A DNA stretch of 64,000 bases, from the IMG/VR virus record IMGVR_UViG_3300032236_000443, positions 1-64,000 of that record; one strand, given 5' to 3'. Shown piece after piece: positions 1 through 9,974 of the stretch (position 1 is its first letter; every line of letters starts with the position of its first letter). A model generated the notes under the pieces. It was not told where the DNA came from. It ran no database searches and saw only the letters and a list, made by a program, of their open reading frames with translations. A program made the translations under genes and the position numbers. The stretch comes from a virus.

Positions 1-1018
1 CATGGTTCTCAAGAACCTTCTTTCGCAAATCTTCCATTAAATCAAGTTCCTCTCGGATACTTGCAATAACGGTTTCCATACCTTGCCACTTACGTTCACC
101 GTAGTAGAACCAACCACCACGACGCTCTACGAAGCCCATAACTACTGCAAGGCTAGCAATTTCTTTTGCAAAATCGAATTCGCCTGGCGCACAGTTGCCG
201 CCCTCTGCGAAGTAGAAATCAAAGTATGCGACACGCTGTGGTGGTGCAGTCTTGTTCTTGAGTGTTCGTACTTTAATTCTCTGACCCACTCGTACTTTAT
301 TGTTACCTGAACCAACTTCAATCCACTCATCTCGCTTGACTTCACAACGAGTGAAAAATGCGTAGTTCTTACCCTCTCCTCCAGGAGTTGTTCTAGGGTC
401 TCCATGCATTACTCCAATTTTCATGCGGTATTGGTTGATGATAAGTCCTAATACTGGTCGCTCATCTTCTGTGAGTGAACGCTTCATGGCGGTTCCTACT
501 ACACGAAAAAACTTATTGGTGAGCAGTGCTCCACGACCTACGGTTGCTTCGCTCATATCCTTTTCCATTTCTGGCATTGGGGATAAGGCAGGCAATGAGT
601 CAATAACAATGGCATCTACAGACTTGGACTCAGCAAACTCAATCACTGATTGATATGCCTCTTCCATGATGCTAGTTTCAATGACGATAACACGCTCAGT
701 ATCTACGCCACACATCTCTGCATATTCTGGAACCCATTGCTCTGCTGCTACCCATACTGTGGTGTAATCAGGGTTTAACTTTTGGTTTGCAGCAATCGTC
801 TTTAGCGCAAGGGCTGTCTTACCGTGAGATGGTTCTCCGATTAGTTCATTCCATTGGTTACCAGGAAAACCACCGCCCAGCACATAATCCAAAGTAGTTG
901 ACCCTGAAGTAATGCGAGGAATAATGTCACTACGGATATCACTAGCCATAACAACCACATTTGACTTAAACTTTTTATTAAGTTGAGCAACAATCTTGCG
1001 GGCTTCATCATTTATCAC
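1..1018 (-). CDS. recA: RecA/UvsX-like recombinase (3' end runs off the window; missing from the ORF track)
   Basis: Manual translation from GTG at 1018 (GTGA overlap with the upstream stop): ...ITSGSTTLDYVLGGGFPGNQWNELIGEPSHGKT (Walker A)...AIVIDSL (Walker B)...IINQYRMKIGVMHGDPRTTPGGEG...KNKTAPP; the frame stays open to position 1. Confidence 0.95.
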   Translation of the reverse strand, partial: MINDEARKIVAQLNKKFKSNVVVMASDIRSDIIPRITSGSTTLDYVLGGGFPGNQWNELIGEPSHGKTALALKTIAANQKLNPDYTTVWVAAEQWVPEYAEMCGVDTERVIVIETSIMEEAYQSVIEFAESKSVDAIVIDSLPALSPMPEMEKDMSEATVGRGALLTNKFFRVVGTAMKRSLTEDERPVLGLIINQYRMKIGVMHGDPRTTPGGEGKNYAFFTRCEVKRDEWIEVGSGNNKVRVGQRIKVRTLKNKTAPPQRVAYFDFYFAEGGNCAPGEFDFAKEIASLAVVMGFVERRGGWFYYGERKWQGMETVIASIREELDLMEDLRKKVLENH

Positions 1019-1404
1019 TGCTTAGTCCCATCTGGGTTATAACCTGCTGGCATCGGATTGAAACCACCTGTTGTATTTCCTAGTGCGCCTTTTGCTGCAC
1101 CTTCTACTTTAGCACCAGTAAGTGCTCCGTAACGAGAACCTGATTGACTTACAGGATAACCGCAGTCATAACAACGAGGAGCAATTGTTTGGCTAGGAGA
1201 CATGTAGTTACCTCCACCGCACTCAGGACAAGGTTGTGACTGTGATGCACTTTGCGCTTTGCTTGCTGCAGGTGCTTGTTGCTGAGGTGCAACATACTGA
1301 GTCATTGGTTGCTGAGATGGTGGCATCGGGTTATTAACCTGACGTGGCTGAGGTGCCTGTGGTTGCGTACCTAGTTGTTTAGCCCACCAATCTGCGCTAC
1401 TCAC
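1015..1404 (-). CDS. Zn-ribbon hypothetical protein
   Basis: Pro/Gln-rich N-terminus plus CPECGG...RCYDCG; likely start is GTG at 1404, overlapping the upstream TGA. Confidence 0.75.
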   Translation of the reverse strand: MSSADWWAKQLGTQPQAPQPRQVNNPMPPSQQPMTQYVAPQQQAPAASKAQSASQSQPCPECGGGNYMSPSQTIAPRCYDCGYPVSQSGSRYGALTGAKVEGAAKGALGNTTGGFNPMPAGYNPDGTKQ

Positions 1405-1511
1405 TTTGACTCCCAAGTATGCTCACAACGTGTGCATAGTACTGTGAACTCAGTTTGTGAGTATGAAATGCTGTACATCTTGTGTCCAAAGATTTTACAA
1501 ATAAAACTCAT
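1401..1511 (-). CDS. 36-aa Zn-finger microprotein (DUF1660-like)
   Basis: Manual translation MSFICKIFGHKMYSISYSQTEFTVLCTRCEHTWESK; ATGA overlap with the polA stop and GTGA overlap with the next gene. Confidence 0.7.
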   Translation of the reverse strand: MSFICKIFGHKMYSISYSQTEFTVLCTRCEHTWESK

Positions 1512-3505
1512 TTTGCTTCTCCCCACTTGTCTACTATTTTTACATCGGCTATTAGCGGAACGATAATCTCTGAAAGTTTGACACCTTCCATTGACTCCCG
1601 AATTGCTTCGGCGGTCTCTTCTGCTAAATCTTCACGTGCAACAGTAACGAGTTCATCGTGCACAGTCAATACGACATTCACATCTGGCTCGTCAATAAAA
1701 CAGGAATGTGCTCTAACTAGGGCTAATTTCATTAAATCTGCTGCAGAACCTTGAATCATGGTGTTAAACGCTTGTCGTTCCGCACGGAACTTTAACCCAT
1801 TCTCTGTGCTCTTTAATTCTGGTAGATAACGACGGCGACCAAGTAGTGTCTCTACATAAGGGATGTTGCCCTTACCTCGTGCAGTTCTAATGACCTTAGA
1901 TTTGTACTTGATAATGTCGTGGAACTCTTCCGAGAACTGGTCAATCAAATCACGGGCTTCTTTCTCAGAACAGCCAATGCTTCGTGCAATCTTTTCTGGT
2001 CCAACACCGTATGAGATTGCTAGAACCAACATCTTACCGACCTTACGTTCTACACCCATAATGTCACCAATAGCGGTGTATAGGTCTTTACCCTTGCGGT
2101 AGTAATCAAGTGCAACTGGGTCTTGTGACAGAGATGCAATGATGCGTGGCTCAATCTGAGAGTAGTCAGCAACAACTAACTTGTACCCTGGAGGTGCAAC
2201 AAACAAGTTACGAATCAACTTGCCGTAATCTCCACTACTAGGGATGTTCTGTAGATTAGGGTCAGTACTAGAAAAACGACCTGTCTCTGCTCCATGTGAT
2301 TTAAAGTTAGTGTGTGCTCTACCGTTGATTAGGAGCGATTTCTTCTCTACAACACGAGACTTACCAGCAGTTGTGCGAGTAATTTCTCCACCTAGGTATG
2401 GCATTACATAGGTTGTCATTAACTTATTTAAGTCTTGATACTCAATGATTGCGTCTACCAATTCGTCTTTAGAACGATAAAACTCCATCGCCTCTGCTGA
2501 CACGGAGTAGTGATAGATACTTAATTGCTCTCCTGATTGAGCAGCCTTAGTGCCCTTATCAGTCAACGCTACTTTAATCTTTAGGTTTGGCTTAATCCCA
2601 CGACCTTCAGGCTTAGGGGAAAACAACAACTCTTGCTTCTCTTTAACTGAGTTCATAGAAAATGCTTTGCCAGCCAACTTCCATGCTTTGGCTTTTGCTA
2701 AATCAATATCAACTTCTAAACGGTCTTTGAGGTTCTGCAGTTCAACCATGTCTAGGTTTGCGCCTGTTAGTTCCATGTCGCAAAGAGCGGCGATAACATC
2801 CATCTCTAATGCCCATACACGGGCAAGACTGCCTTCTAACTTAGGCTCTAAAAACTTGTACAACTTCCAAGTTGCCTCTGCATCTAACCCTGAATAGTGA
2901 GCAACATCGGAGAAGGAATGGACTTCAACCATTGCTCCAATGCCTTTTTCAACCTTAATCTTTAAGAACTTCTCAGCGCAGTCCTTCAAACCAAGTGACC
3001 CACGATTACGGTTATCAATAATAAATGCCGCCATCATGGTGTCAAAGTATGGTTTGCTAGGAACTACGCCTCGATAGTACTTAGTAATTGATTTAAGGTC
3101 GAACTTAATGTTATGACCGACCTTCAATTGCTTACTAAAGAAAAGCGGCTTCAATGCTTTGAATACATCTCCAGGAAGTAACTGGTCTGGTGGTGTATCA
3201 AAGACAGGTTTCCACTTGGCTTGGTTCTTTGAGTAATCAGTTTCCTTCAACTCTTTGCCAGCATCAAGTTTACGTTGACCGCTTAACAGGAGTTCCTTAT
3301 CCCAACGCAGGAACTCACCATTAGGATGTCCCATAGGGATTACATCAGTGCGCCCATCAGTGGCTAAGGAAATCCACAACACGTCATTTACGACGGGTTG
3401 AATTCTATTTTCTCCGACAGTTTCTACGTCGAATGCAAAACCGTCTACCTTGGAGTAAAACTCAACAAGGTCATCTAGTTGTTTCTTAGTTGTAATTATG
3501 TTCAT
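1508..3505 (-). CDS. polA: DNA polymerase, family A, with 3'-5' exonuclease
   Basis: Exonuclease motifs FAFDVET, GHNIKFD, YSGLDA; polymerase motifs TGRFSSTDPNLQNIP, VADYSQIEPR, RKVGKMLVLAISYG, IQGSAAD, TVHDEL. Confidence 0.97.
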   Translation of the reverse strand: MNIITTKKQLDDLVEFYSKVDGFAFDVETVGENRIQPVVNDVLWISLATDGRTDVIPMGHPNGEFLRWDKELLLSGQRKLDAGKELKETDYSKNQAKWKPVFDTPPDQLLPGDVFKALKPLFFSKQLKVGHNIKFDLKSITKYYRGVVPSKPYFDTMMAAFIIDNRNRGSLGLKDCAEKFLKIKVEKGIGAMVEVHSFSDVAHYSGLDAEATWKLYKFLEPKLEGSLARVWALEMDVIAALCDMELTGANLDMVELQNLKDRLEVDIDLAKAKAWKLAGKAFSMNSVKEKQELLFSPKPEGRGIKPNLKIKVALTDKGTKAAQSGEQLSIYHYSVSAEAMEFYRSKDELVDAIIEYQDLNKLMTTYVMPYLGGEITRTTAGKSRVVEKKSLLINGRAHTNFKSHGAETGRFSSTDPNLQNIPSSGDYGKLIRNLFVAPPGYKLVVADYSQIEPRIIASLSQDPVALDYYRKGKDLYTAIGDIMGVERKVGKMLVLAISYGVGPEKIARSIGCSEKEARDLIDQFSEEFHDIIKYKSKVIRTARGKGNIPYVETLLGRRRYLPELKSTENGLKFRAERQAFNTMIQGSAADLMKLALVRAHSCFIDEPDVNVVLTVHDELVTVAREDLAEETAEAIRESMEGVKLSEIIVPLIADVKIVDKWGEAK

Positions 3506-3525
3506 GTTAATCCCCTCGTGTTAGT

Positions 3526-3564
3526 GATAAAGGGGCCTGGAAACGGAAGACAGGCCCCTTTATC
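3526..3564 (-). terminator. 14-bp perfect inverted repeat between ssb and polA (terminator or mRNA-stability hairpin)
   Basis: GATAAAGGGGCCTG / CAGGCCCCTTTATC with an 11-nt loop, immediately upstream of the polA RBS (GAGGGG). Confidence 0.65.
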
Positions 3565-3574
3565 TATGGAAGTA

Positions 3575-4225
3575 CTACGCTAAATTGCGTGCAATTTCTA
3601 GAAGTTCAGAGCGAGGGGTCTCACGAACTACTTCATCTGCTGTAAATGAAACAGCGTTTGCAACAGCGTCATTAACGGTGTCTTGCGACAACTTCCATTC
3701 CTCTGCTAGGTCACGACCACGAACGAAGTTGAGGGTGTACTGCGTCGTTGGTCCTGTTCCTAGGCGAGAAATCTCCCAGAACTCCTTATCAAGAGGACCC
3801 TTACGCTCATCGTCGTGAGCCTTCTTGATTTGGCGGGCTAGTGAAGGTGGTGCGGTTAGGACTTGTACTGTTGGTTCTCCACCAGAAAGTACAAGTACGT
3901 TGAATGCAAACTTTCCACGAGCCTTGTCGCCAAGAATCTCGCAGAGTGGGCAACCATCACCGATGCAAACAAAAGACTTCTTACCCTTTGGGCGTTCAAT
4001 CCAGTGCTGCTCGTAGGTTGCGAATGGGCGGTCCTGAAGGAACTTAACAAGTTGTGGTTCCTCAGAGAAACGGAAATCTGTTGGGAATTCCGTTGTGTCT
4101 TGCTTTAGAAGTGCATCGGCTGCATCCCAGCCTTCTTGCACTGTTGTTCCAACCTTTGGCTGGATATCGGCACTATCTTCTTCAAGATAGTCTTCCGCAT
4201 TTACTGCTGGTTTTGTAATTGGCAT
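3575..4225 (-). CDS. Phage single-stranded DNA-binding protein (gp32-like, Zn-binding)
   Basis: Start adjusted to MPITKP; FATYEQHWI...SFVCIGDGCPLC motif and SRLGTGPTTQY; adjacent to polA. Confidence 0.7.
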   Translation of the reverse strand: MPITKPAVNAEDYLEEDSADIQPKVGTTVQEGWDAADALLKQDTTEFPTDFRFSEEPQLVKFLQDRPFATYEQHWIERPKGKKSFVCIGDGCPLCEILGDKARGKFAFNVLVLSGGEPTVQVLTAPPSLARQIKKAHDDERKGPLDKEFWEISRLGTGPTTQYTLNFVRGRDLAEEWKLSQDTVNDAVANAVSFTADEVVRETPRSELLEIARNLA

Positions 4226-4248
4226 TTGTTGTCTTTCGGTAATGAGGC

Positions 4249-4728
4249 CTAACGGCTCTCGTTGGATGTGATTTCCTTCCAGCGCTTTACTAAAGCATCT
4301 GTAAGGTCTTCGTGGTAGTTCCACTCTACACGAGCGGTTCCTAAAAGTCCACGTCTGGCGAACTCGTCAATCGTGGCTTCTATAAGAGCACGGGTATATA
4401 CACGATTACCGCCAGTCTTTTGACCCTTAAGAGTCTTAGACCGAAGACGGTAAGGTGCACGTGGGATGTAACCTTTGCGCTCCCATAGGCGAATAGTTAC
4501 TAAAGATTTTTCCAATGCTTGTGCTAATGCACCGATTGTAAATACTTCAGTTTCTTTTCCACCTAATGTTTTAATGATTGGGTTTTCATCCCAACCATTT
4601 GTTTCTCCCGACTTGCGACGGGAAACCTTTGGGTCTTCTTCTCTGCGCTTCTTCTTTGAAGAACCAGGAAGATACTCTAAATCGGCAAACGCCTTTTCAA
4701 TCTCGTCTTGACCTCGTAGACCTGCCAT
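4249..4728 (-). CDS. MerR-like HTH DNA-binding protein
   Basis: FTIGALAQALEKSLVTIRLWERKGYIP...GGNRVYT. Confidence 0.8.
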   Translation of the reverse strand: MAGLRGQDEIEKAFADLEYLPGSSKKKRREEDPKVSRRKSGETNGWDENPIIKTLGGKETEVFTIGALAQALEKSLVTIRLWERKGYIPRAPYRLRSKTLKGQKTGGNRVYTRALIEATIDEFARRGLLGTARVEWNYHEDLTDALVKRWKEITSNESR

Positions 4729-4731
4729 TGG

Positions 4732-5169
4732 TTACTTCTTTAGTACCAATGCCCATACAACATTCTGAGGATACATCTCATCAATTTCTGCTTCTGTAAG
4801 TTCTTCGTTATAGAGAGCAGCCATTAATGCATCTTCATCAACAACACGAATTGTCTTGTACAAAGTATCTTCAAGTCCGTGTGCAGTAATAATCTCTTCT
4901 GCTTTTAACTCATCTACTTTGCGAGTAACACGGCGCTGTTTAACGATTGAACTAAACCCATCAATTTCTTCTGGTAACTGAACGATGATGTTGCCCTTGT
5001 CATCAATCTCTCCTTCACCATCAAGAACTTCAAACAGTTCTGCACGAAGTGCTTTCTGTTCCTTCTCTAGGTAATCGAGTTGTGACTTTAAGAATGAATA
5101 CTTTTTTGCACGAGCAACTAAACTTGTCTCGTCAGCGTTGCGATTGTCGGCTGGTGCTACCTTTGCCAT
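4732..5169 (-). CDS. Hypothetical protein (coiled coil, replication module)
   Basis: 145-aa ORF with GGGGGA RBS, tightly packed in the operon. Confidence 0.7.
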   Translation of the reverse strand: MAKVAPADNRNADETSLVARAKKYSFLKSQLDYLEKEQKALRAELFEVLDGEGEIDDKGNIIVQLPEEIDGFSSIVKQRRVTRKVDELKAEEIITAHGLEDTLYKTIRVVDEDALMAALYNEELTEAEIDEMYPQNVVWALVLKK

Positions 5170-5177
5170 GATTCCCC

Positions 5178-6770
5178 CTACTGTCCCTGAATGAAGTTAA
5201 TCAAACTTCCTACCGTTAAATCTACACCACCTTTGGTGTTTATGCCTTCTCCGTCAATGATGGCAGTTGCTACCGCCGTTTTTTGATTGAGCATTTGGTA
5301 CTGGCGTTCCTCGATAGAGTCTTCCATAAGGAAGTCCTGAATTACAACACTAGCCCAAGTACTGGAGGCTCGTCTAATTCGGGAGTTTCTTTGAACTGCC
5401 GTACCTGACGACCACGGTAAGTCATAGTTTATCAGAAGATTGGCTTGAGGCAAATCCACCCCGTAACCTCCAGCGTCTGTGGATATCAATACCCTAACGT
5501 CTTTAGAGGTTTGAAAAAGAACTTTGGATTCTTCTTTTTCCTTAGAATTCATCATTCCTGAGTAACTTGTGTTACCTATCTTCTTTTTGGTAAGAGCAGA
5601 TTCTATCAGCGGCAACATGCCTAGGTAGCAAGTGAACACGACTACCTTAGCGTTCTCGTCAGTGTCTAGGTGGTCCTCAATATACCCAATGAGTTTCTCT
5701 AACTTAGGCGATTTAACGGCCTTGTCTAAGCGACCCTGTTCTGAGAGTCCTAGTAGGTACTCTGAGCCTTCTCCATCCTTTGCAGAGGCTTTTAAGGCAC
5801 TAGTACGGAGTAGGTCAGGATGGTCACAGAGCATACGCATGGCAGTTACCTTGCTCATGATTCGACCACGCATCTCATCCATAGGTCCACCCATTTGGTA
5901 TCCCTGTCCATAGTGCGCTTCTAAAGAAAAAGAACCCCCAAATAACTCTTGGGCATCAATCAAATCGGTAAGGAGTTCTGAGGCAATAATGTCGTATAAC
6001 TCTTTGCCTGCTTTATCAAAGGTAATTGTGTCTGGCGCCAAATGAATTGTCTCAGGTAAGTATGGCGCTACATCTGGGTCTTTCTGAGTTTTGCGTACAG
6101 ATACCTGCTTCATCTTCTCGTGGAAGATAGGAAGGTTGCGGTAACGCTGAACTCCACCAAAATGATTTCGTACAATAAAGGTTTGGTCAAACAAGTCAAA
6201 ACGACCAAGTACAGAATCATCAACAAACTGCATGATGCTGTACAACTCTTCTGGACGACCGTTCTCAATAGGTGTGCCAGTAAGTGCAAACCTAACTGGA
6301 ACATTCTTTGCTAACTTCTTTACAAACTTAGAACGCTGAGATTTAAATCCTTTGATTGCGGTTGCTTCATCACAGACAACTGCGCCCCATTCAAAGTCTT
6401 TGATAAATTCCCAGTCGTTAACTATTGTTTCATAGTTGCAGATTACATAGGTGTTGTTTATATCCCAGGCTCGTTGCCAGTCGTAACCCTTTGTCCAACC
6501 TAGTGTGCGTTGAGTTTTAGAGCCATCTATCACCTGAGTATTGGCATCGGAGAACTTCTGTATTTCTTTCTCCCATTGAAACTTAAGGCTAGACAATGCA
6601 ATAACTAAAATTGGTTTAGTAAGTACTTCATCTTCTTTTAACTTTTCCAATGCTGCGATAGTCATACAGGTTTTACCCAAACCCATTTCGTATGCAACTA
6701 GCATCTTCTTACGTGCAACCATGCGGTCTACTGCCTCTGGTTGATAGGGGAATAAAGTTCCGTTAAACAT
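5178..6770 (-). CDS. SNF2-family (SF2) helicase
   Basis: YEMGLGKT, VCDEA, ALTGTPIEN, STDAGGYGVDL, YDLPWS, QRNSRIRR. Confidence 0.93.
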   Translation of the reverse strand: MFNGTLFPYQPEAVDRMVARKKMLVAYEMGLGKTCMTIAALEKLKEDEVLTKPILVIALSSLKFQWEKEIQKFSDANTQVIDGSKTQRTLGWTKGYDWQRAWDINNTYVICNYETIVNDWEFIKDFEWGAVVCDEATAIKGFKSQRSKFVKKLAKNVPVRFALTGTPIENGRPEELYSIMQFVDDSVLGRFDLFDQTFIVRNHFGGVQRYRNLPIFHEKMKQVSVRKTQKDPDVAPYLPETIHLAPDTITFDKAGKELYDIIASELLTDLIDAQELFGGSFSLEAHYGQGYQMGGPMDEMRGRIMSKVTAMRMLCDHPDLLRTSALKASAKDGEGSEYLLGLSEQGRLDKAVKSPKLEKLIGYIEDHLDTDENAKVVVFTCYLGMLPLIESALTKKKIGNTSYSGMMNSKEKEESKVLFQTSKDVRVLISTDAGGYGVDLPQANLLINYDLPWSSGTAVQRNSRIRRASSTWASVVIQDFLMEDSIEERQYQMLNQKTAVATAIIDGEGINTKGGVDLTVGSLINFIQGQ

Positions 6771-6936
6771 TATCTATAGGAGTTGGTGCCGTCGCTAGAG
6801 TCCCACAAAGTGCACACTCCATATCGAGCATGTACATAGAGATTTCGCCATCCTCAAACATTGCCTGTACTTTCCACAACTTTGAGCCACAGACACAGAT
6901 GTGCAGTGGTTGGTCTTTATCTCTTAAATCCATCAT
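6763..6936 (-). CDS. Small Zn-ribbon protein
   Basis: HICVCGS...ECALCG; start MMDLRD overlaps the primase stop. Confidence 0.7.
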   Translation of the reverse strand: MMDLRDKDQPLHICVCGSKLWKVQAMFEDGEISMYMLDMECALCGTLATAPTPIDNV

Positions 6937-7871
6937 AGGTATGCTGCCTTGCCCCATACTCGGTCCTTGGCTGTCTCTAAGCCCTTTACAATCTCAGACT
7001 CAACCATATCCCCAACGTCTTTAACGTCTATACCTTCGTAATTAAAGAACTTTAGTTCCATGCCGTACTTGCGTGAGAACCCCATCATCTGCTCACAGGC
7101 TTTCTTACCTGCTTGGTCATTGTCGAATGCCGCAATGATTTGAGGGAAACGGCGCATAATCTTGGCTTGGTCCTCACTGAGGATTGCTCCGTATGTGGAG
7201 ATTGCGTTATGACCTAATCCTGTTAGGCGAACTGCATCAAGCGGAGACTCAACAACTATCAGCGGCTTGTTCTCATCTGCAATCTCAATACCAAAAACAG
7301 TCTTAGACTTCTTAACGCCTGCAGGTTGGTTCTTAAAGAATCTACCTCGTGCGCCCTTCTCCTGCCATCCCCATAACTTAAAAGTCTCTGGGTCACGGAT
7401 AGTCAGAATCCATGCTTCGTTCTTCGTATCCCATAAGACTTGATGTTTAGTTACTGCTTCTCTGTTCAAGAAACGCTTCTTCAACTCTATGTCTGGGGGC
7501 TCATGGAACACTGCAAGACGAGCCTCACTCATCTCTAAGACTTCCTCTGCGTGAGGCATGTACTGTGGCAATTCTCTGATACGCCTTAACAGTACATCCA
7601 CAGGCAGTGTCTCACTTGAGTCTATGTAATCTTTGGCGTCAAAGTAATCCATACCCTTAACGTCAGCAACAAGTGTGTAGATGTTTCCCTTGTAACCGCA
7701 GGAAAAGCAGAAGTGAACTCCAGTAACAGAATTTATCCACCAGTCAGGGTGAACATCTTCTTTACCTGTCCGTGCTTTGTGCATAGGACATAGGCCCTGC
7801 ACTTCGTCGCCACGTTGGGCGGTCAGTGAAATATCTAAGGAGAGAAGAACTCTCTCAACATCAATCATCAT
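6933..7871 (-). CDS. dnaG: DNA primase (CHC2 Zn finger + TOPRIM)
   Basis: CPMH...FCFSCG Zn finger; VVESPLD and AFDNDQAG TOPRIM motifs; KDVGD. Confidence 0.93.
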   Translation of the reverse strand: MMIDVERVLLSLDISLTAQRGDEVQGLCPMHKARTGKEDVHPDWWINSVTGVHFCFSCGYKGNIYTLVADVKGMDYFDAKDYIDSSETLPVDVLLRRIRELPQYMPHAEEVLEMSEARLAVFHEPPDIELKKRFLNREAVTKHQVLWDTKNEAWILTIRDPETFKLWGWQEKGARGRFFKNQPAGVKKSKTVFGIEIADENKPLIVVESPLDAVRLTGLGHNAISTYGAILSEDQAKIMRRFPQIIAAFDNDQAGKKACEQMMGFSRKYGMELKFFNYEGIDVKDVGDMVESEIVKGLETAKDRVWGKAAYL

Positions 7872-9120
7872 CTAAGTCACTCCAACTAGAGCAGAACTCA
7901 CACTTGAGCATCTCTTCTTCATCGTGGAAGCAACCAGTTGACCAACGCCATGTAAGTGGAGTCTCTGTAGGACCACAGTTACGGCTAGCAACAACTTTGA
8001 GCAAACGAATCTTCTCGTCTTCTTCTACAGGTTCAAGACCCAAGATAACGTCTGAGTCTTGGAAGAATGAAGATGAGTAACCGATGGAATCTGCAGTTAC
8101 CTTTCCAGCACGCATCTTCCATAGAAGGGTCTGAGTGGTGATAATGATTGGCAAACTAACACGCTGAGCAAGTCGCTTCATTGCACGGGTTATGTTGGTA
8201 ATGGCTTGCGGTGTGTTCATCTCACCAGTCAACTCATCCATCATCAAGTACACACCGTCTACAAATACGATGTCTGGCTTCATCTGCTCAATCTTGGCTG
8301 CAAGTGCAGATACGGTAATTCCGTTTACTGCATCAACCAAATGGAATGGGTGCATAGTCTCCATGTCGTTCAACATGGCTACATAACGGTCATCTTCACG
8401 GGGCTTCAACTTACCTCGGCGCAAACGACCGTGGTCAATATGTGCACGCATCGCATCGTGACGTTGTTGTTGTTCGTGGTTGTTCATTTCAAATGACTGG
8501 AACATTGGCGTCTTACCAAGTTTGTGGACATTGATTGCCATCTGCAACGCAACCTGTGACTTACCAGTCTTAGGAGGTGCAATAACGGTAATCAACTGAC
8601 CGCCCTGCAAACCTGCAGTTGCTTCATCAATCTTTGCAAAGCCAGTTGGTATACCTAAGAACTCTTCGTTCTTGAGGGATAGGTATTGGTCATAACGCTC
8701 TTGTGTGTTCTTACTAAGGTCAATCTCACGAGTGCCTAATACACCTTGCTCGTTAACCTTGGTGATGGTTGCTTCCATCGCAAGAAGCGCTGCGTCATGG
8801 TTGTTCTCTTGTAACTGCTCAACTGCAGTCTCTAAACCTTGACGAGTCAACATACGGCGGCGGAAATCCACCATCGTGTCTAGAAGATAATCAATAGTGT
8901 CTTCTACATCAAGAATCTTGTAGTTAGGGTAATGGTCTTTAACAGTTGTACCTGTAGGTACTTCACTGTATTCGGTGTAGTGCTTACGGAGGAACTGCCA
9001 GACCTTGCGGTTATCGTCATCAAGGAACCAAGCATCACCAACGCCACGTTGTAGTACAGGAGTAATCTCTCGGTCTTTGATGACCTTACTGACTAAACGA
9101 TGCTCGTTATCTGCTGACAT
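7861..9120 (-). CDS. dnaB: DnaB-like replicative helicase
   Basis: GIPTGF, Walker A APPKTGKS, SFEM, VFVDG, QDSD; adjacent to primase. Confidence 0.93.
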   Translation of the reverse strand: MSADNEHRLVSKVIKDREITPVLQRGVGDAWFLDDDNRKVWQFLRKHYTEYSEVPTGTTVKDHYPNYKILDVEDTIDYLLDTMVDFRRRMLTRQGLETAVEQLQENNHDAALLAMEATITKVNEQGVLGTREIDLSKNTQERYDQYLSLKNEEFLGIPTGFAKIDEATAGLQGGQLITVIAPPKTGKSQVALQMAINVHKLGKTPMFQSFEMNNHEQQQRHDAMRAHIDHGRLRRGKLKPREDDRYVAMLNDMETMHPFHLVDAVNGITVSALAAKIEQMKPDIVFVDGVYLMMDELTGEMNTPQAITNITRAMKRLAQRVSLPIIITTQTLLWKMRAGKVTADSIGYSSSFFQDSDVILGLEPVEEDEKIRLLKVVASRNCGPTETPLTWRWSTGCFHDEEEMLKCEFCSSWSDLDDD

Positions 9121-9237
9121 TTACTTCCACCGCTCTCCGCATGACTGACATTGTAAATAAGAATTACCGTTAACCCAAATGCGTTCGATGGTGTGAGCAC
9201 GACACATTGGGCAATTCGTATTTGCTACTGAAAACAT
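9121..9237 (-). CDS. 38-aa Zn-ribbon microprotein
   Basis: Manual translation MFSVANTNCPMCRAHTIERIWVNGNSYLQCQSCGERWK; RBS GAGGGAGG; stop abuts the dnaB start. Confidence 0.75.
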   Translation of the reverse strand: MFSVANTNCPMCRAHTIERIWVNGNSYLQCQSCGERWK

Positions 9238-9255
9238 AACGCCCTCCCTCAAGGA

Positions 9256-9672
9256 CTAGATATTACCTATTTCTACACCCGCAGACCCGTATCGTGCAAC
9301 TTTATCTGCAGTGTCTATAACTGCTCGTAAGTTTGGTCTGTAGGGTAATAACCCTACCACTTCGTCTCGGTCCTCATAAAGTTGCCAGTAGTTAAACGGA
9401 TTGACAACTCTGCGCTCAAACTTTTCGAACGCCTGTTCTAACAAGTCCTCTGTCCAACCATCAACCTCAAAGCCTGCAAGTTCTAAAGAAATTCCGTAGT
9501 CCCCTGAAACTTTCCATAACTTATTTAGGGGAAGGACTTCAATGTCACCAACTTTGAACTCACTCTTCTTTACAAGAAGTTTGCGTGACTCTTCTTCTTT
9601 AAGGCGTACAACGACATCGGTTGTAACAATGACTTGTGGTGAGGAGACATTTGAAATGTCCCCGCCTTTCAT
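9256..9672 (-). CDS. Hypothetical protein
   Basis: 138-aa ORF with ATGA coupling in the operon. Confidence 0.7.
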   Translation of the reverse strand: MKGGDISNVSSPQVIVTTDVVVRLKEEESRKLLVKKSEFKVGDIEVLPLNKLWKVSGDYGISLELAGFEVDGWTEDLLEQAFEKFERRVVNPFNYWQLYEDRDEVVGLLPYRPNLRAVIDTADKVARYGSAGVEIGNI

Positions 9673-9974
9673 AGTACTTCTATCTTTGCGTACTTAACGA
9701 CGAACTCACGAAACTTTGCAGGGTCTGTACTTGCTTCAACTGCCATCTCTTCAGGGACTTCATTAGGAACCATGATGGAGTAATGACCCGTGTACTTAAT
9801 CTTGTCGTTAACGAATTGAATGTGTTTGCAAGAACCCTTCTTAGAAAAGACAGGGCAGGTGCACCGAACATCTTTAGTATCGGTTTCAACTTCAACCTCA
9901 AAAATGCCAGCGCCTTGGGCAGAGATGAACTGCTGTACTGTCCGCCATGCAGAACTCACTTGAGGTCCTTTCAT
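9669..9974 (-). CDS. SWIM zinc-finger protein
   Basis: RCTCPVFSKKGSCKH matches CxC...CxH. Confidence 0.8.
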   Translation of the reverse strand: MKGPQVSSAWRTVQQFISAQGAGIFEVEVETDTKDVRCTCPVFSKKGSCKHIQFVNDKIKYTGHYSIMVPNEVPEEMAVEASTDPAKFREFVVKYAKIEVL

